From: Octopus sinensis
Lineage: Eukaryota
Reading direction: 5' to 3'
Length of the DNA: 64,000 bases
Assembly: GCF_006345805.1 (NCBI RefSeq)
Contig: NC_043010.1
Location: forward strand, 55,118,001-55,182,000
The notes beneath the pieces are model-generated. The model saw nothing but the letters and a program-made list of their open reading frames with translations. It was not told the origin of the DNA and searched no databases. Below are positions 14,233 to 27,096 of this stretch, one piece after another. Positions within the stretch are counted from its first letter, which is position 1; the number at the start of each line of letters is the position of its first letter. The translations under genes and the position numbers were made by a program.

Positions 14233-15637
14233 TTGCAGCGATAAAATCAGTTTTCAAACATATAGAATTCAAAATTAGGAAGAATAAATTCAAATATATG
14301 TATATTCCTAGATATATAATCTTCAAAATTAATATGGTCTGACCGCGGCTAAGAAGCAAATGACCAACGCTTCTATAAAGTCAAGAAGGAATTTCGTAGC
14401 TCAACATAATCGAATCAAGAACAAACACTTATAAATATTACTTGTCAAGGAAAGTATATATCTCCGGTCAGTTGAGCAGCTCCAAATCTCCACCTCACCA
14501 AGAAATACCACAGCCTACCATTTTACACAATATGTACATATTGGGGCCAAGCAGAAATATCAGGTCGTTAGGGATTTGATCGTAGATCAAACGGATTTTG
14601 ATCATAGATTCACTCAGTTCAGACGAGTCTAGACTTAAACAGTGACCTTGTTTAAAAGCTTACACGTAGAGAGAAAACAACGTGCCTGTATATTTCAGGG
14701 GTATCCTAGCCTTTGAATGTGTTTGTGTGTGTCTAAGCCGCTGACAGTGACAGTGTCGAAGAATGAGTGTTTTCAATATGAAAAAAGAATTATCAACACC
14801 ATAGTATATGAGAGGATATATCCAGTACCTGATCACGCAGAGTCCACGTCACATTTTTAAAGAGATATTGAATCAGAATACGCAGAAGAAGGATATAGTA
14901 AATTTGTTTATTCCATACTGCTGAATGTATGTTCAGTTATGAAGTAGACGACGATTTTTTGTTCGATTTCGAATGGATGGATCTGTGTTTTCGTTTAGCG
15001 CTTTGTAAATAATTTATGTATGTATGAACTTGTGTTCATAAAGCTTCAGAGAAGTGTCAAAAATCATTTAATATCATCAGTGATCTACGATATCAATATA
15101 TTTATTCGTCAGTAAGTGTTAAAACAACGGAGAATGGGAATAAAAGTCAATCACTATGAAATACACAAATACATTTTACATTTCGATTGACCTCATCAAA
15201 TTTTTATACACATGAAGTAAAACATTGTAAAAACATACTTACAATGTAAAACATTACGCTCATTTGAATATCAAATCTCACTAGGATTAGAATAATGACG
15301 CTAATTATGTACTCTCAAAATATCGTAAAATAATTTAGTTTTACATTTTTAGTCAAAAGGGGAAAAATATGTGATGTTTGCAATAAAAGATAAGTAGCAA
15401 AAAAATGTCCCTGGAAAATATCCCTGTTTAAAAATATCAATGGTATTTCTTCAAATGACCAATGTGATTAAGTACGAAATAGAAATGGTATTCTTCCTAT
15501 CTGTTAGAAATTGCATCACGAAACATTTTCATACTATTTAAAACTTACCCCTACAACTCAATTTTCTTTCAGAATTTCATATATATATGAAAGTTGAGAG
15601 AATAAACGTGTGTATGTAGTATGTATATATATATATG

Positions 15638-15683
<46 letters not shown>

Positions 15684-15697
15684 GTGTGTGTGTGTGT

Positions 15698-15732
<35 letters not shown>

Positions 15733-17139
15733 TTGCAGCGATAAAATCAGTTTTCAAACATATAGAATTCAAAATTAGGAAGAATAAATTCAAATATATG
15801 TATATTCCTAGATATATAATCTTCAAAATTAATATGGTCTGACCGCGGCTAAGAAGCAAATGACCAACGCTTCTATAAAGTCAAGAAGGAATTTCGTAGC
15901 TCAACATAATCGAATCAAGAACAAACACTTATAAATATTACTTGTCAAGGAAAGTATATATCTCCGGTCAGTTGAGCAGCTCCAATCTCCACCTCACCAA
16001 GAAATACCACAGCCTACCATTTTACACAATATGTACATATTGGGGCCAAGCAGAAATATCAGGTCGTTAGGGATTTGATCGTAGATCAAACGGATTTTGA
16101 TCATAGATTCACTCAGTTCAGACGAGTCTAGACTTAAACAGTGACCTTGTTTAAAAGCTTACACGTAGAGAGAAAACAACGTGCCTGTATATTTCAGGGG
16201 TATCCTAGCCTTTGAATGTGTTTGTGTGTGTCTAAGCCGCTGACAGTGACAGTGTCGAAGAATGAGTGTTTTCAATATGAAAAAAGAATTATCAACACCA
16301 TAGTATATGAGAGGATATATCCAGTACCTGATCACGCAGAGTCCACGTCACATTTTTAAAGAGATATTTGAATCAGAATACGCAGAAGAAGGATATAGTA
16401 AATTTGTTTATTCCATACTGCTGAATGTATGTTCAGTTATGAAGTAGACGACGATTTTTTGTTCGATTTCGAATGGATGGATCTGTGTTTTCGTTTAGCG
16501 CTTTGTAAATAATTTATGTATGTATGAACTTGTGTTCATAAAGCTTCAGAGAAGTGTCAAAAATCATTTAATATCATCAGTGATCTACGATATCAATATA
16601 TTTATTCGTCAGTAAGTGTTAAAACAACGGAGAATGGGAATAAAAGTCAATCACTATGAAATACACAAATACATTTTACATTTCGATTGACCTCATCAAA
16701 TTTTTATACACATGAAGTAAAACATTGTAAAAACATACTTACAATGTAAAACATTACGCTCATTTGAATATCAAATCTCACTAGGATTAGAATAATGACG
16801 CTAATTATGTACTCTCAAAATATCGTAAAATAATTTAGTTTTACATTTTTAGTCAAAAGGGGAAAAATATGTGATGTTTGCAATAAAGAGATAAGTAGCA
16901 AAAAAATGTCCCTGGAAAATATCCCTGTTTAAAAATATCAATGGTATTTCTTCAAATGACCAATGTGATTAAGTACGAAATAGAAATGGTATTCTTCCTA
17001 TCTGTTAGAAATTGCATCACGAAACATTTTCATACTATTTAAAACTTACCCCTACAACTCAAATTTTCTTTCAGAATTTCATATATATATGAAAGTTGAG
17101 AGAATAAACGTGTGTATGTAGTATGTATATATATATATG

Positions 17140-17194
<55 letters not shown>

Positions 17195-17215
17195 ATGTGT
17201 GTGTGTGTGTATGTA
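14181..17215 (+). repeat. Near-identical ~1.5 kb tandem duplication bounded by (GT)n
   Basis: 14231-15667 is repeated at 15731-17172; the only differences I saw are four single-base indels. Confidence 0.95.
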
Positions 17216-17790
17216 TGTATATAACATGTGACAATTATTCGGTAGCCATGATAAGAGTAAATATATCATCAGAACTAGAGAATAAAAGAATTACATGCGT
17301 ATTGCTATAATTATAGTAGATTGAACTTAGGGCGAAAATAGCCCAAATAAAATTTGGAATGACAGAGAGAATAACAATGGGGCCCCAATGATGGTAATAT
17401 AGCTGCATTTATCTTTCTCTCTGTCACAATCAAAAGATTTATGCTTCTCGTATTCTTCATCCACTAAGAATTAAAACCACAGGGAATTGACAGTTAAGCT
17501 CTAGCTGTTGATGATAAATTAATTAATGCCAGATGCTCTTCCCTACACCTAATGTACTGTGGCTATAAATAAGCTATAACTACATAAAGGAACATGTCAC
17601 AGAAGATGTCAGAATGATAGTGGTATATGCCCATAAAAAGGAGTTTAGGGTGTGACATAAAGTAATTTATTATTATCAGTTAAGGGGGGGCATAAAATAG
17701 AAAACAAAGGAAGTCACAGAGAAATCTAAATGGGAATTAATGTTACAGGCGAAAGAATGCATATCCAAAGTTATCAGAATTTATATAATA

Positions 17791-18045
17791 TACTCTTTCA
17801 CTCTTTTACTTGTTCCAGTCTTTTGACTGTGACCATGCTGGAGCACCGCCTTTAGTCGAGCAAATCGACCCCAGGACTTATTCTTTGTAAGCCTAGTACT
17901 TATTCTAGCAGTCTCTTTCGCCGAACCGCTAAGTTACGGGGACGTAAACACATCAGCATCAGTCGTCCAGTGATGTAGGGGGGACCATACACAAGATACA
18001 CACACACACACACATACACACACAAACACACACACCACACACACA

Positions 18046-18102
<57 letters not shown>

Positions 18103-18272
18103 CATATACACGACGGGCTACTTTCAATTTCCCTCTACCAAATCCACTCACAAGGCTTTGGTCGGCCCGAGGCTATAGTAGAAGACACTTGTCCAAGGTG
18201 CCACACAGTGACGCTGAACCCGGTCCATGTAGTTGGTAAGCAAGCTACGTACCACACAGCCACTCCTACGCC
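17791..18272 (-). mobile_element. tRNA-derived SINE family C, full length
   Basis: Reverse complement of 54362-54792; internal (TA)n(TG)n; 3' tail ggcggtgctccagcatgg... Confidence 0.9.
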
Positions 18273-18692
18273 TATATAAATATTCCTTTATTTTGTATAA
18301 TAAATAATAAAACTTTAAAATTTAGAAAGGGATATTAGGACACAGTAAGAGTAGAAAAATACAAAAACCAATTTAAGCTTTAAAGATGTTGAGTACTTTT
18401 ATATAAAATAGAATCCTAACAATGCTTCTTCTTAGCAATTTGATAAGGTGGTCACGATAAAACCATTCCACAACGAAGCCATTAAAACAATCAGATTTCA
18501 TCTGAGAATGAGAAACCCATTTTCTATTGACTGAAAACCAGGAATTAAAGGCAAAAATGAGATAATTAGTTCTATGACAGAAAAACTTATTTAGAAAAGG
18601 TTGAGAAAATATAATTATATAAAAAACATTTTCAACATTATGAAAAAATCTTAAGGGATGTAAGAACATACGTAGGTGTAAAAGTACCGCGA

Positions 18693-18728
<36 letters not shown>

Positions 18729-19352
18729 TATATTATAATTATAATATGTAATTACAAATAAATAAAATAATATAAGTATGCATAATATCTCCTATTATAT
18801 TTTATCATAATTAACTGTACAGAAAAGATACAACCCCTCCACAAATCTTAGAATGTTAGAACAGAATATGCGAGAGTAAACAGGTATAAAAAATACGAAA
18901 TTTAATAATATAATATAATATAATATAATATAATATAATATAAAAAAATAATAAATAAACCTTTTAGTGACTGTTGTATACCAGCTGCATTGTATCTTTT
19001 GATTTTGATAAGGAAAAAGGTAAATATAGCTATATTACCATCTCTTTACACGCCCATTGTTATTCTCTCCCGCCATTCCAAATTATAGCTGGAATATATT
19101 CTCCCTAGTTACACTCTGTTACAATAATAGCAACTGGCATGTAATTATTTTGTTTTCGAGTTCTATTGAACCTTTTGCTAAAATATTAGAATGGAGTACC
19201 TTGTACGTCGGAAATCTATATGGTCTTATTCTTCCAAGGAATGCGGTGTATTTCAAACTGATGCAACGATTACATTGATCGATTAAATGCAGCCGCTTGA
19301 AACGACCGTAATGCACTAATACCTTGACAACCTTCCAGTTCTATATGTCCAT

Positions 19353-19425
19353 GGGCATATGGCGTAGTGGTTAAAACTGTGGGCTACAAGCCCCAAGATT
19401 CCGAGTTCGATTCCAGGATCAGGCT
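19353..19425 (+). mobile_element. tRNA-like SINE head (Pol III A and B boxes)
   Basis: TGGCGTAGTGG A box near 19360 and GAGTTCGATTCC B box at 19403-19414; no convincing full cloverleaf. Confidence 0.65.
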
Positions 19426-20368
19426 GTGATTTTACCAACTGAGTTCCTGAATTCTCTAAAGACATCTGGGATCCCACCTCACCACTTAACACTTAAAAAG
19501 GAGGCCCCAATCATGCTTCACAAGAATTTGGATCCACTTCGTATGTTCAATGGCACTAGACTGGTGGTGAACGTGATGCGACTGCATGTCCTAGAGGCAT
19601 CAATTATGACTGGGAACTATAGTGTGAGGATGCCCTCATTCCACGGACCCCGTTAATCCCATATCACTTCTTCTTTGAATTAAAACGGCTCCGACTCCCA
19701 GTGAAACTAAGTTTCACTAGGTGAATAAACAAATCTCAAGGACAGTCTCTCAAATTTGATGAACTGAATCTCGCCTCTCTCATGGGCAATTATATGTAGG
19801 ATGTTCGGAAGTTGGGTGTCCCCAAAATATCTTCATTTATACACCAACTAAAGGACACACTCAAAACATTGTATATTTAGAAGCTCTAGATAGTTAAACT
19901 TTGACTGATTGCCGGATATGTTTCAATACATTCGCTTTATACTCACGTCATCTGATAGAATTTTGTTAAATGTATTTATTAACAAGAGAAAAAATTCATG
20001 CATTTTCCTTTTCAACTTATTTCAAAGAGGTACTGACAACTGAAGGTGATTGCAAAGACAAAAACATTACCTGCTCTTTTAACAAATTTTACAGTATGAA
20101 CATCGGATAAAACATGTTATTGACATATGCAGTTGGTACCGCATCATATAGCTGTTCAGAGCTGCATAATTCTACTCAGAGATTTGACAGGCTTACTTGA
20201 ATTTCCTTATGTCAAGTAAACTAGGAAACATCGGCTTATTAATGTATAAGGTTGTTATCTCAGCTACTAAGAGGTAAGACGTGCGTAGCTTATATTTCAT
20301 GTTAGTTAGAGATCTAAAATTACATTACTACTTTCTGTAACCCAGGCAACGCGGGGTATTTCTGCTAG
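19426..20368 (+). mobile_element. Helitron 3' remnant: PIF1-family helicase C-terminus plus 3' terminus
   Basis: PTEFLNSL..SGIPPHHLTLK..APIML..NLDP...NGTRL; later INKSQGQSL, SHGQLYVGCS, TQNIVY; frameshifts and stops; terminal hairpin cccaggcaacgcgggg then CTAG|T at 20365-20369. Confidence 0.9.
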
Positions 20369-20554
20369 TATATACTCATATACATATATATATATATGCG
20401 GCCTTGGTAGCAAGCTCAAAATGGAGGTAATTTGTTGGGAATCAAACTTCGGAACACCATAGCTATTGATTGGAAATGAAAATTAAGGTACCTGCTACAA
20501 AAATTTCCTTCGAGAAATCATTTTGTAAATATTCAATTTATCTATCCATCTACT

Positions 20555-20556
20555 TA

Positions 20557-20616
<60 letters not shown>

Positions 20617-20696
20617 GATTGATCGATCGATCGTTTGATCTATCTGTCTCTCTCTCCTTCTCTCTCTGTCTCTCTGACTATAACTATATTATATAT

Positions 20697-20729
<33 letters not shown>

Positions 20730-20760
20730 TGTATATATATATATGAATATGTGTGTGTGT
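20555..20760. repeat. (TCTA)n/(TA)n/(TG)n compound microsatellite
   Basis: Visible run. Confidence 0.9.
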
Positions 20761-21272
20761 GTGTGCGTATTTATATAAATGCACGCGTATATGTCTGTTA
20801 CACATATGCTTGTTCATACACAGGCGTTCTATTTAAATGTAAGTGCTACACCTTACATATATATATATAAGTATATATACCAAGACAGATACATATATAT
20901 ATATAAACCTCTATACATACACGTACAAGTAGACTTAAATAGTACAATAATACTTGTGAAGACAGATAATAGAGCAGTGAAAATTTTCGTGTAATTAATG
21001 ATAAGGATAATTTTAATTAAATTTCTCCTTTACCGATTAAATTTTAATTAAACGAGGAAGAAACGAAGCGTTACTCTGAATAAATATATTGAATATACAT
21101 ATAATGACGTTGTAAATTTCTAGAATACGTTTACACAGATTCCGAAATGCATCTACGCGTATATTATATACACTTTTATATGTGTGTGTGTGTGTGTACA
21201 TGTCCATATCTGTGTGTGTTTTTGTGAGTGTGAGAATGTATTCTGCCTTCATGAGTTTGTGTGCATTTATAT

Positions 21273-21353
<81 letters not shown>

Positions 21354-21699
21354 AATTCCGAAATTGCAAGGATAATCTGGTGCCTGACTGAAGATAGTTG
21401 GCTTCGAATGACCCGTCCTTGTTTTTTTTTATCGTCTATCTGGATGTTTTGTTGTCCCTTTTTTGTATCACCTAACTGTCCGGATGATTTGCGTTCTTGT
21501 GCCATTTTGTATTATATATATATATATATATAAAATGATCCGGCAAGTCGTTGGACAAAACAATATCATCGGACAAAACGACGGTCAAAATGGACATAAG
21601 TTGTTGGGAATCAAACTTCGCAACAGCATAGTTATTGACCAGAAATAAAAATTAAGGTACTCGCTACAAAAATTTCCTTTGAGTAAATCATTTTGTAAA

Positions 21700-21765
21700 T
21701 TTATCTATCTATCTATCTATATATCTGTTTGTCTATATATCTGTCTATCTATCTATCTATCTATC

Positions 21766-21832
<67 letters not shown>

Positions 21833-21861
21833 GTCTGTCTCTCTGTCTCTCTGTCTATCTG

Positions 21862-21900
<39 letters not shown>

Positions 21901-21925
21901 GTCTCTCTGTCTCTCTGTCTATCTG

Positions 21926-21982
<57 letters not shown>

Positions 21983-21990
21983 ATATATAC

Positions 21991-22058
<68 letters not shown>

Positions 22059-22078
22059 ATATATGTATATAGATAGAT
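21700..22078. repeat. (TCTA)n/(TA)n microsatellite
   Basis: Visible; forms the tail of the adjacent LINE fragment. Confidence 0.9.
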
Positions 22079-22812
22079 AAGTTTCTTTATTGCCACACAG
22101 GGCTGCACACAGATGGGACACGTTACAAGTTAGAGCGTTTCTTTTGGGGGATGAAGAGAACAAAAAACAAAAGAAAAAAAAGGGGGTGGCGTAGGTTTTC
22201 AATCAAGAGGGATCGTAAAAGGGAAGAAAAGAACAAAAAAAAATTGAATAAAATAAAAAGAATAAAAAAAGAAAAGGAAAGGGAACAAAAGTAAAGAGAA
22301 ATGAAAAAAGAAGAAAAAGGGGAAAAAAAGGGGAAGAGGAAAAAAAAGAACGATCAATAGGGATCGTGTATCACAGTGTTATGATATATGGTGTAAAGGG
22401 GAAAGCAAGTAAGGTTTATCCGTGGGAAGAAAAGCCTACGAAAAAGACCACGGTAACTCTGGTCAATATTGTTATATGTTACCACATTTGTTTGCAAGTG
22501 GGTAACACTCTGTTTTCAATTTCTGGGTTCATAGTATTATGCTCAAGGTGGCTTCGTCATTCATACGTGCCATCCTTGCTACATTCACCCATCTTTTTTT
22601 AAAACATTCGCTAGACAAAACTTGCCTCTCTACTCTCACTTTCCTTTTCAAGTGGTACTTGAAGAAGTTGATGAGAGATTGACCAGAGAGGAAAGTGTTT
22701 GTCTCCAATCCTTTAAGACGCGTCCACCAGATACATTCTTTCGCCATAGCCACAAGGATGATGAAAATAGCTCTTCCTTCCCGTTTGAAGGAAGGAGGCG
22801 TGACAATATTGA
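22079..22812 (-). mobile_element. Tx1/L1-like LINE 3' fragment (ORF2 C-terminus plus 3' UTR)
   Basis: Minus frame reads IVNIVTPPSFKREGRAIFIILVAMAKECIWWTR...FFKYHLKRKVRVERQVLSSECFKKRWV, resembling Tx1-type ORF2 ends; purine/pyrimidine-skewed UTR; AATAAA near 22086 precedes the microsatellite tail. Clade call is by recognition only. Confidence 0.6.
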
Positions 22813-22813
22813 C

Positions 22814-22853
<40 letters not shown>

Positions 22854-22874
22854 TAGATAGATAGATAGATAGAT

Positions 22875-22906
<32 letters not shown>

Positions 22907-22929
22907 TAGATAGATAGATAGATAGATAT

Positions 22930-22966
<37 letters not shown>

Positions 22967-22991
22967 AGATGATAGATAGATAGATAGATAG

Positions 22992-23025
<34 letters not shown>

Positions 23026-23026
23026 T

Positions 23027-23061
<35 letters not shown>

Positions 23062-23072
23062 TAGATAGATAG

Positions 23073-23144
<72 letters not shown>

Positions 23145-23215
23145 AGATAGATAGATAGAAGATAGATAAGATAGATAGATAGATAGATAGATAGATGATA
23201 GATAGATAGATATAG
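22813..23215. repeat. (GATA)n microsatellite
   Basis: Visible run. Confidence 0.95.
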
Positions 23216-23424
23216 ATTTCGGGCTAAATGCCATGCACAAAAGGAAGTCAATGCGCGCGGAATTCCCAAACATGCTTCATTTTTACTTTACTCAAACGTG
23301 GACCAAACTTTTGTAAAACAAAACTTAGATTTTGTTTTAGAAATCATAACAAAATCAACCTTATCATTCATCCCTGAATTCAATGAAATTCGAAAGCTCT
23401 ACTCTTACATGTTCACATGAAGAG

Positions 23425-23487
<63 letters not shown>

Positions 23488-23488
<1 letters not shown>

Positions 23489-23783
23489 TATTAGAGACAA
23501 AACCACTATTTTGCAAAACAAACAGGAAAGACTTAATCAATACATAAAATTTTAATAAATAGTCAAAAAAACCGCCACTACAATCGTTTCTTGTCTTGAT
23601 CGACAATCTTCAGGTGGACTTCCAATAAGTCAGTTTCAAATTAAAATTTTATGTATTGCCTTGTTTGTTTTGCAAAATAGTGGTTTTGTCTCTAATAATA
23701 TTTTATAATATTTTACTATAAAATTGGATTTAATCCTAAATCTGATTTTTTTCCCTGTAAATTTGGATTTATTCCCTAATATT

Positions 23784-23790
<7 letters not shown>
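23488..23790 (-). mobile_element. Small Penelope/retrozyme-like element with nested inverted repeats
   Basis: 37-bp perfect IR (23488-23524 / 23662-23698) and 18-bp perfect IR (23539-23556 / 23640-23657) enclose an HHR; (TA)n on both sides. Confidence 0.65.
23575..23617 (-). ncRNA. Minimal type I hammerhead ribozyme, canonical core
   Basis: CCAC CUGAAGA UUGUC GAUCAA GACAA GAAAC GAUU GUA GUGG: 4-bp helix I, 5-bp helix II, short helix III, GUA cleavage triplet. Confidence 0.8.
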
Positions 23791-23833
<43 letters not shown>

Positions 23834-24236
23834 TCAATATTCAATTTTGGGGTATTAATCGATATGCGGACCTTCTATTTCAGATAATACAGAAATAACT
23901 TTAATGTGTATATCTTACAGTAATCTCATAGTATCAGTTTGCATAGTATCAAGAACCCCAAGGTATAATATGTAGGTGTATATAACGCTGTAAAGTTACA
24001 CCTGATTGATTTGGAAAATTGTTTTCCCAAATTATTTATATATATACATACATATATAATGAGAGAGAGAGAGAGGGGGTGAGACAGACAGTCAGTGACT
24101 GAAATAATTAAATATGTATGTGCATGGATGTGAGCGATAGCTTTCCTCCTAAAGTCGAAGAAAAAGGAAATCTTAATAGGAAAACAATGGAATGAATCAT
24201 ATTGATGTACTTAGATGGTCCCGCTAGCTCACAGTC

Positions 24237-24237
<1 letters not shown>

Positions 24238-24297
<60 letters not shown>
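24238..24297. repeat. (TAA)n target microsatellite
   Basis: Perfect run directly 5' of the Dong element. Confidence 0.95.
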
Positions 24298-26953
24298 GCA
24301 ACGCTACTGAGCAACAAAAAGAGAACAAAAATGCCCCGCAAATATAACATCACAGAAAAAGATTTGCCGGAGATAAAAGAAAAGCTGAAGCAAGATATCC
24401 TTGCCAAAGCTCAAAGGATCCGCCGGTACGAGAAACGCCAACGCTTCTTTGAACAGAACAAAAAGTTCAACTCCGACCCCAAAAAGTTCTACCAAGAACT
24501 GGGCAAAAATAAAATAGAAGTCACTGCAGCACCAACGGCAGAAGAATTGGAAGAATTCTGGAAAGAAATATGGTCGGCGAACGAACAGCCAAAAAAAAGG
24601 AGTATGAAAATAACAAACTCGGCATCTGAACAACTTTGGACCCCCATAACAACTGAAGAGGTCACCCAGGCACTGCAAAAACTAAGCAACTGGAAGGCAC
24701 CTGGACATGACAAGATCCCCAACTTCTGGTTGAAATATCTAACAGGAATGCACAAAAAGCTGGCTGAAAACTTTAACAGCATACTAGCAGAGCCAGAGAC
24801 AATGCCTGAATGGCTCACGAAGGGGAAAACCATCTTAATTCCCAAATCAAATGAAACAACAAAACCAGAAAACTACAGACCAATAACCTGCCTCCCTACT
24901 ATGTTCAAGGCATTTACTGCAGTGATATCGCAAAGGCTGAACAAGCACCTGGACGAAAACAAACTGTTCCCAGAAGAGCAGAAAGGATGCCGCAAGGGCT
25001 CATATGGCTGTAAAGATCAACTAATGATTAATAAAGCCGTAACTGAAGACAGCCACAGAAAGAAGAAAGGCCTCAGTATGGCCTGGATTGACTACAAAAA
25101 GGCGTTTGATAGCATCCCCCACACATGGATCCTCGAAACACTAGCCATTAACCAAGTAACACCAACAATCATAAAATTCATAGAGCACTCTATGAATAAA
25201 TGGCAAACAGTCCTACACCTCCAAACAAAAGAGGGACTCATGAAAACCAAAGACATCCCCATTAGAAGAGGAATATTCCAGGGAGACACGCTCTCTCCAC
25301 TCCTTTTCTGCTTGGCACTGTCACCTCTATCTGATATGCTAAATAGAACTGGATGCGGATATAAATGTTACGGCAAAACGATCAGCCACCTTTTATATAT
25401 GGATGACCTAAAACTATACGCTGCAAATGACAAACAGCTGGAAACACTATTAAAGACAGTTCATGGATTTACCAAAGAAATAGATATGAAATTTGGATTA
25501 GAAAAATGCGCCAAAGTAACCATGAAAAGAGGAAAACTAGTTAAGAGTAACAACATCACACTAGATAAAACCAATGAAATAAAAGAATTAGACCAAGCCA
25601 AACTTACAAATACTTAGGAATCCATGAACTAGATAAGACACACACACACCAAATGAAAGAGAAAATAAAAAAAGAATATTATAGACGAGTTAGATCAATA
25701 CTAAAAACAGAGCTCAATGCTAAAAACAAGATAATAGGTATCAACATTTTAGCTGTCCCAGTTATAAGTTACAGCTACAATATCCTTAACTGGACACGAA
25801 ATGAACTGTCCAAAATAGATAGGAAAACAAGAAAAATACTGACAGGATCTAGGATGCATCACCCAAAATCTGACATAGAAAGACTATATATACAACGTAT
25901 AGAAGGTGGTAGAGGCCTTATACAGCTGGAAAACTACTATAAAATAACCACCATAGGACTGCAAAAATACCTACTCAGAAGGAAGGAAAACTGATCCAGA
26001 TAGCAGCAAAACACGAGCAAAACAAAAAACTGTTCTCAGTATTTAAGGAAGCTGACAAATACAAACAAGAAATCATACCACCTAATAAACAAAGAAGAAG
26101 AAGAAGATGATGAAGAAACAACAAAAGCTATAAAACAAATGAAATCCAAACTAAAAATAGAACAGCAACGAACCATGATAAAACGATGGCAAGAAAAACC
26201 CCTTCATGGTAAATACTGCACTAAACTAAACGCAAAAGAAATAGACAAAGAAAAATCCCAGCAATGGTTGAGAAGCTCAGGACTCAAAGCAGAAACAGAG
26301 GGATTTTTAATTGCAGCACAAGACCAAAGCCTCCCCACCAGAAATTACCAAAAACATGTAATGAAAAGAAATATTACAAGTAACTGCAGAATATGTGGAG
26401 ATGGACAAGAAACAATAAATCATATTATCTCTAGCTGCCCAGTCCTGGCTAAGAAGGAATATATTCACAGACATGACAGAGTTGGAACCTACATACATTG
26501 GAAGCTATGCCAACATTATGGAATAACAACAGAAAAAAGATGGTATAGGCACACACCAGAAAAGGTCACAGAAAACGAGAAAGCAACCATACTCTGGGAT
26601 ATGCCGATACATACAGATAGAGAAATTAAGGCCAACAGACCAGATATAGTTGTCAGAGATCATGAAGAAAAAAATGCTTTCTAATTGATGTATCAATACC
26701 GGCAGATGACAACGTGTCTCTAAAAGAAATGGAGAAACTCTCAAAATACAAAGACCTGGAAATAGAGGTAACTAGAATGTGGAACCTGAAAACAGAAACA
26801 ATTCCTATCATAGTAGGTGCATTAGGCATGATAAAAAAATATTCAGACAAATACATAACAAAAACACCAGGACTTACAAACACATATAACATACAGAAAA
26901 TTGCACTACTAGGCACTGCACACATCCTACGCAGAACACTTTCCATACAATAA
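24298..26953 (+). pseudogene. Reverse transcriptase-RLE polyprotein, frameshifted across ORFs 24331-25617, 25653-25994, 26139-26684 and 26714-26953
   Basis: WKAPGHDKIPNFW, NYRPITCLPT, IDYKKAFDSIPH, GIFQGDTLSPLLF, LYMDDLKLY, FGLEKC; CRICGDGQETINHIISSC; RHD; RPDIVV..IDVSIP..KYKDL. Confidence 0.92.
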
Positions 26954-27051
26954 CCATCAGAGCATCACAACAAATCACAGCACATACCCAAGGCACACAG
27001 AGCTGCGCTCGGTAGTGAAGTGAAAGCACGCTATAAAAATAAAACTACTGA
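24298..27051 (+). mobile_element. Dong/R4-clade non-LTR retrotransposon (RT plus RLE), 5'-truncated
   Basis: RT motifs, CCHC knuckle and PD..D/E..K restriction-like endonuclease; ~100-nt 3' UTR; (TAA)n on both sides, consistent with the known TAA-repeat targeting of Dong. Confidence 0.92.
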
Positions 27052-27096
27052 ATAATAATAATAATAATAATATAATATAATAATAATAATAATAAT

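Noticed and set aside
24304-25289. Antisense ORFs over the Dong element
   Set aside because: Shadow frames of the RT ORF
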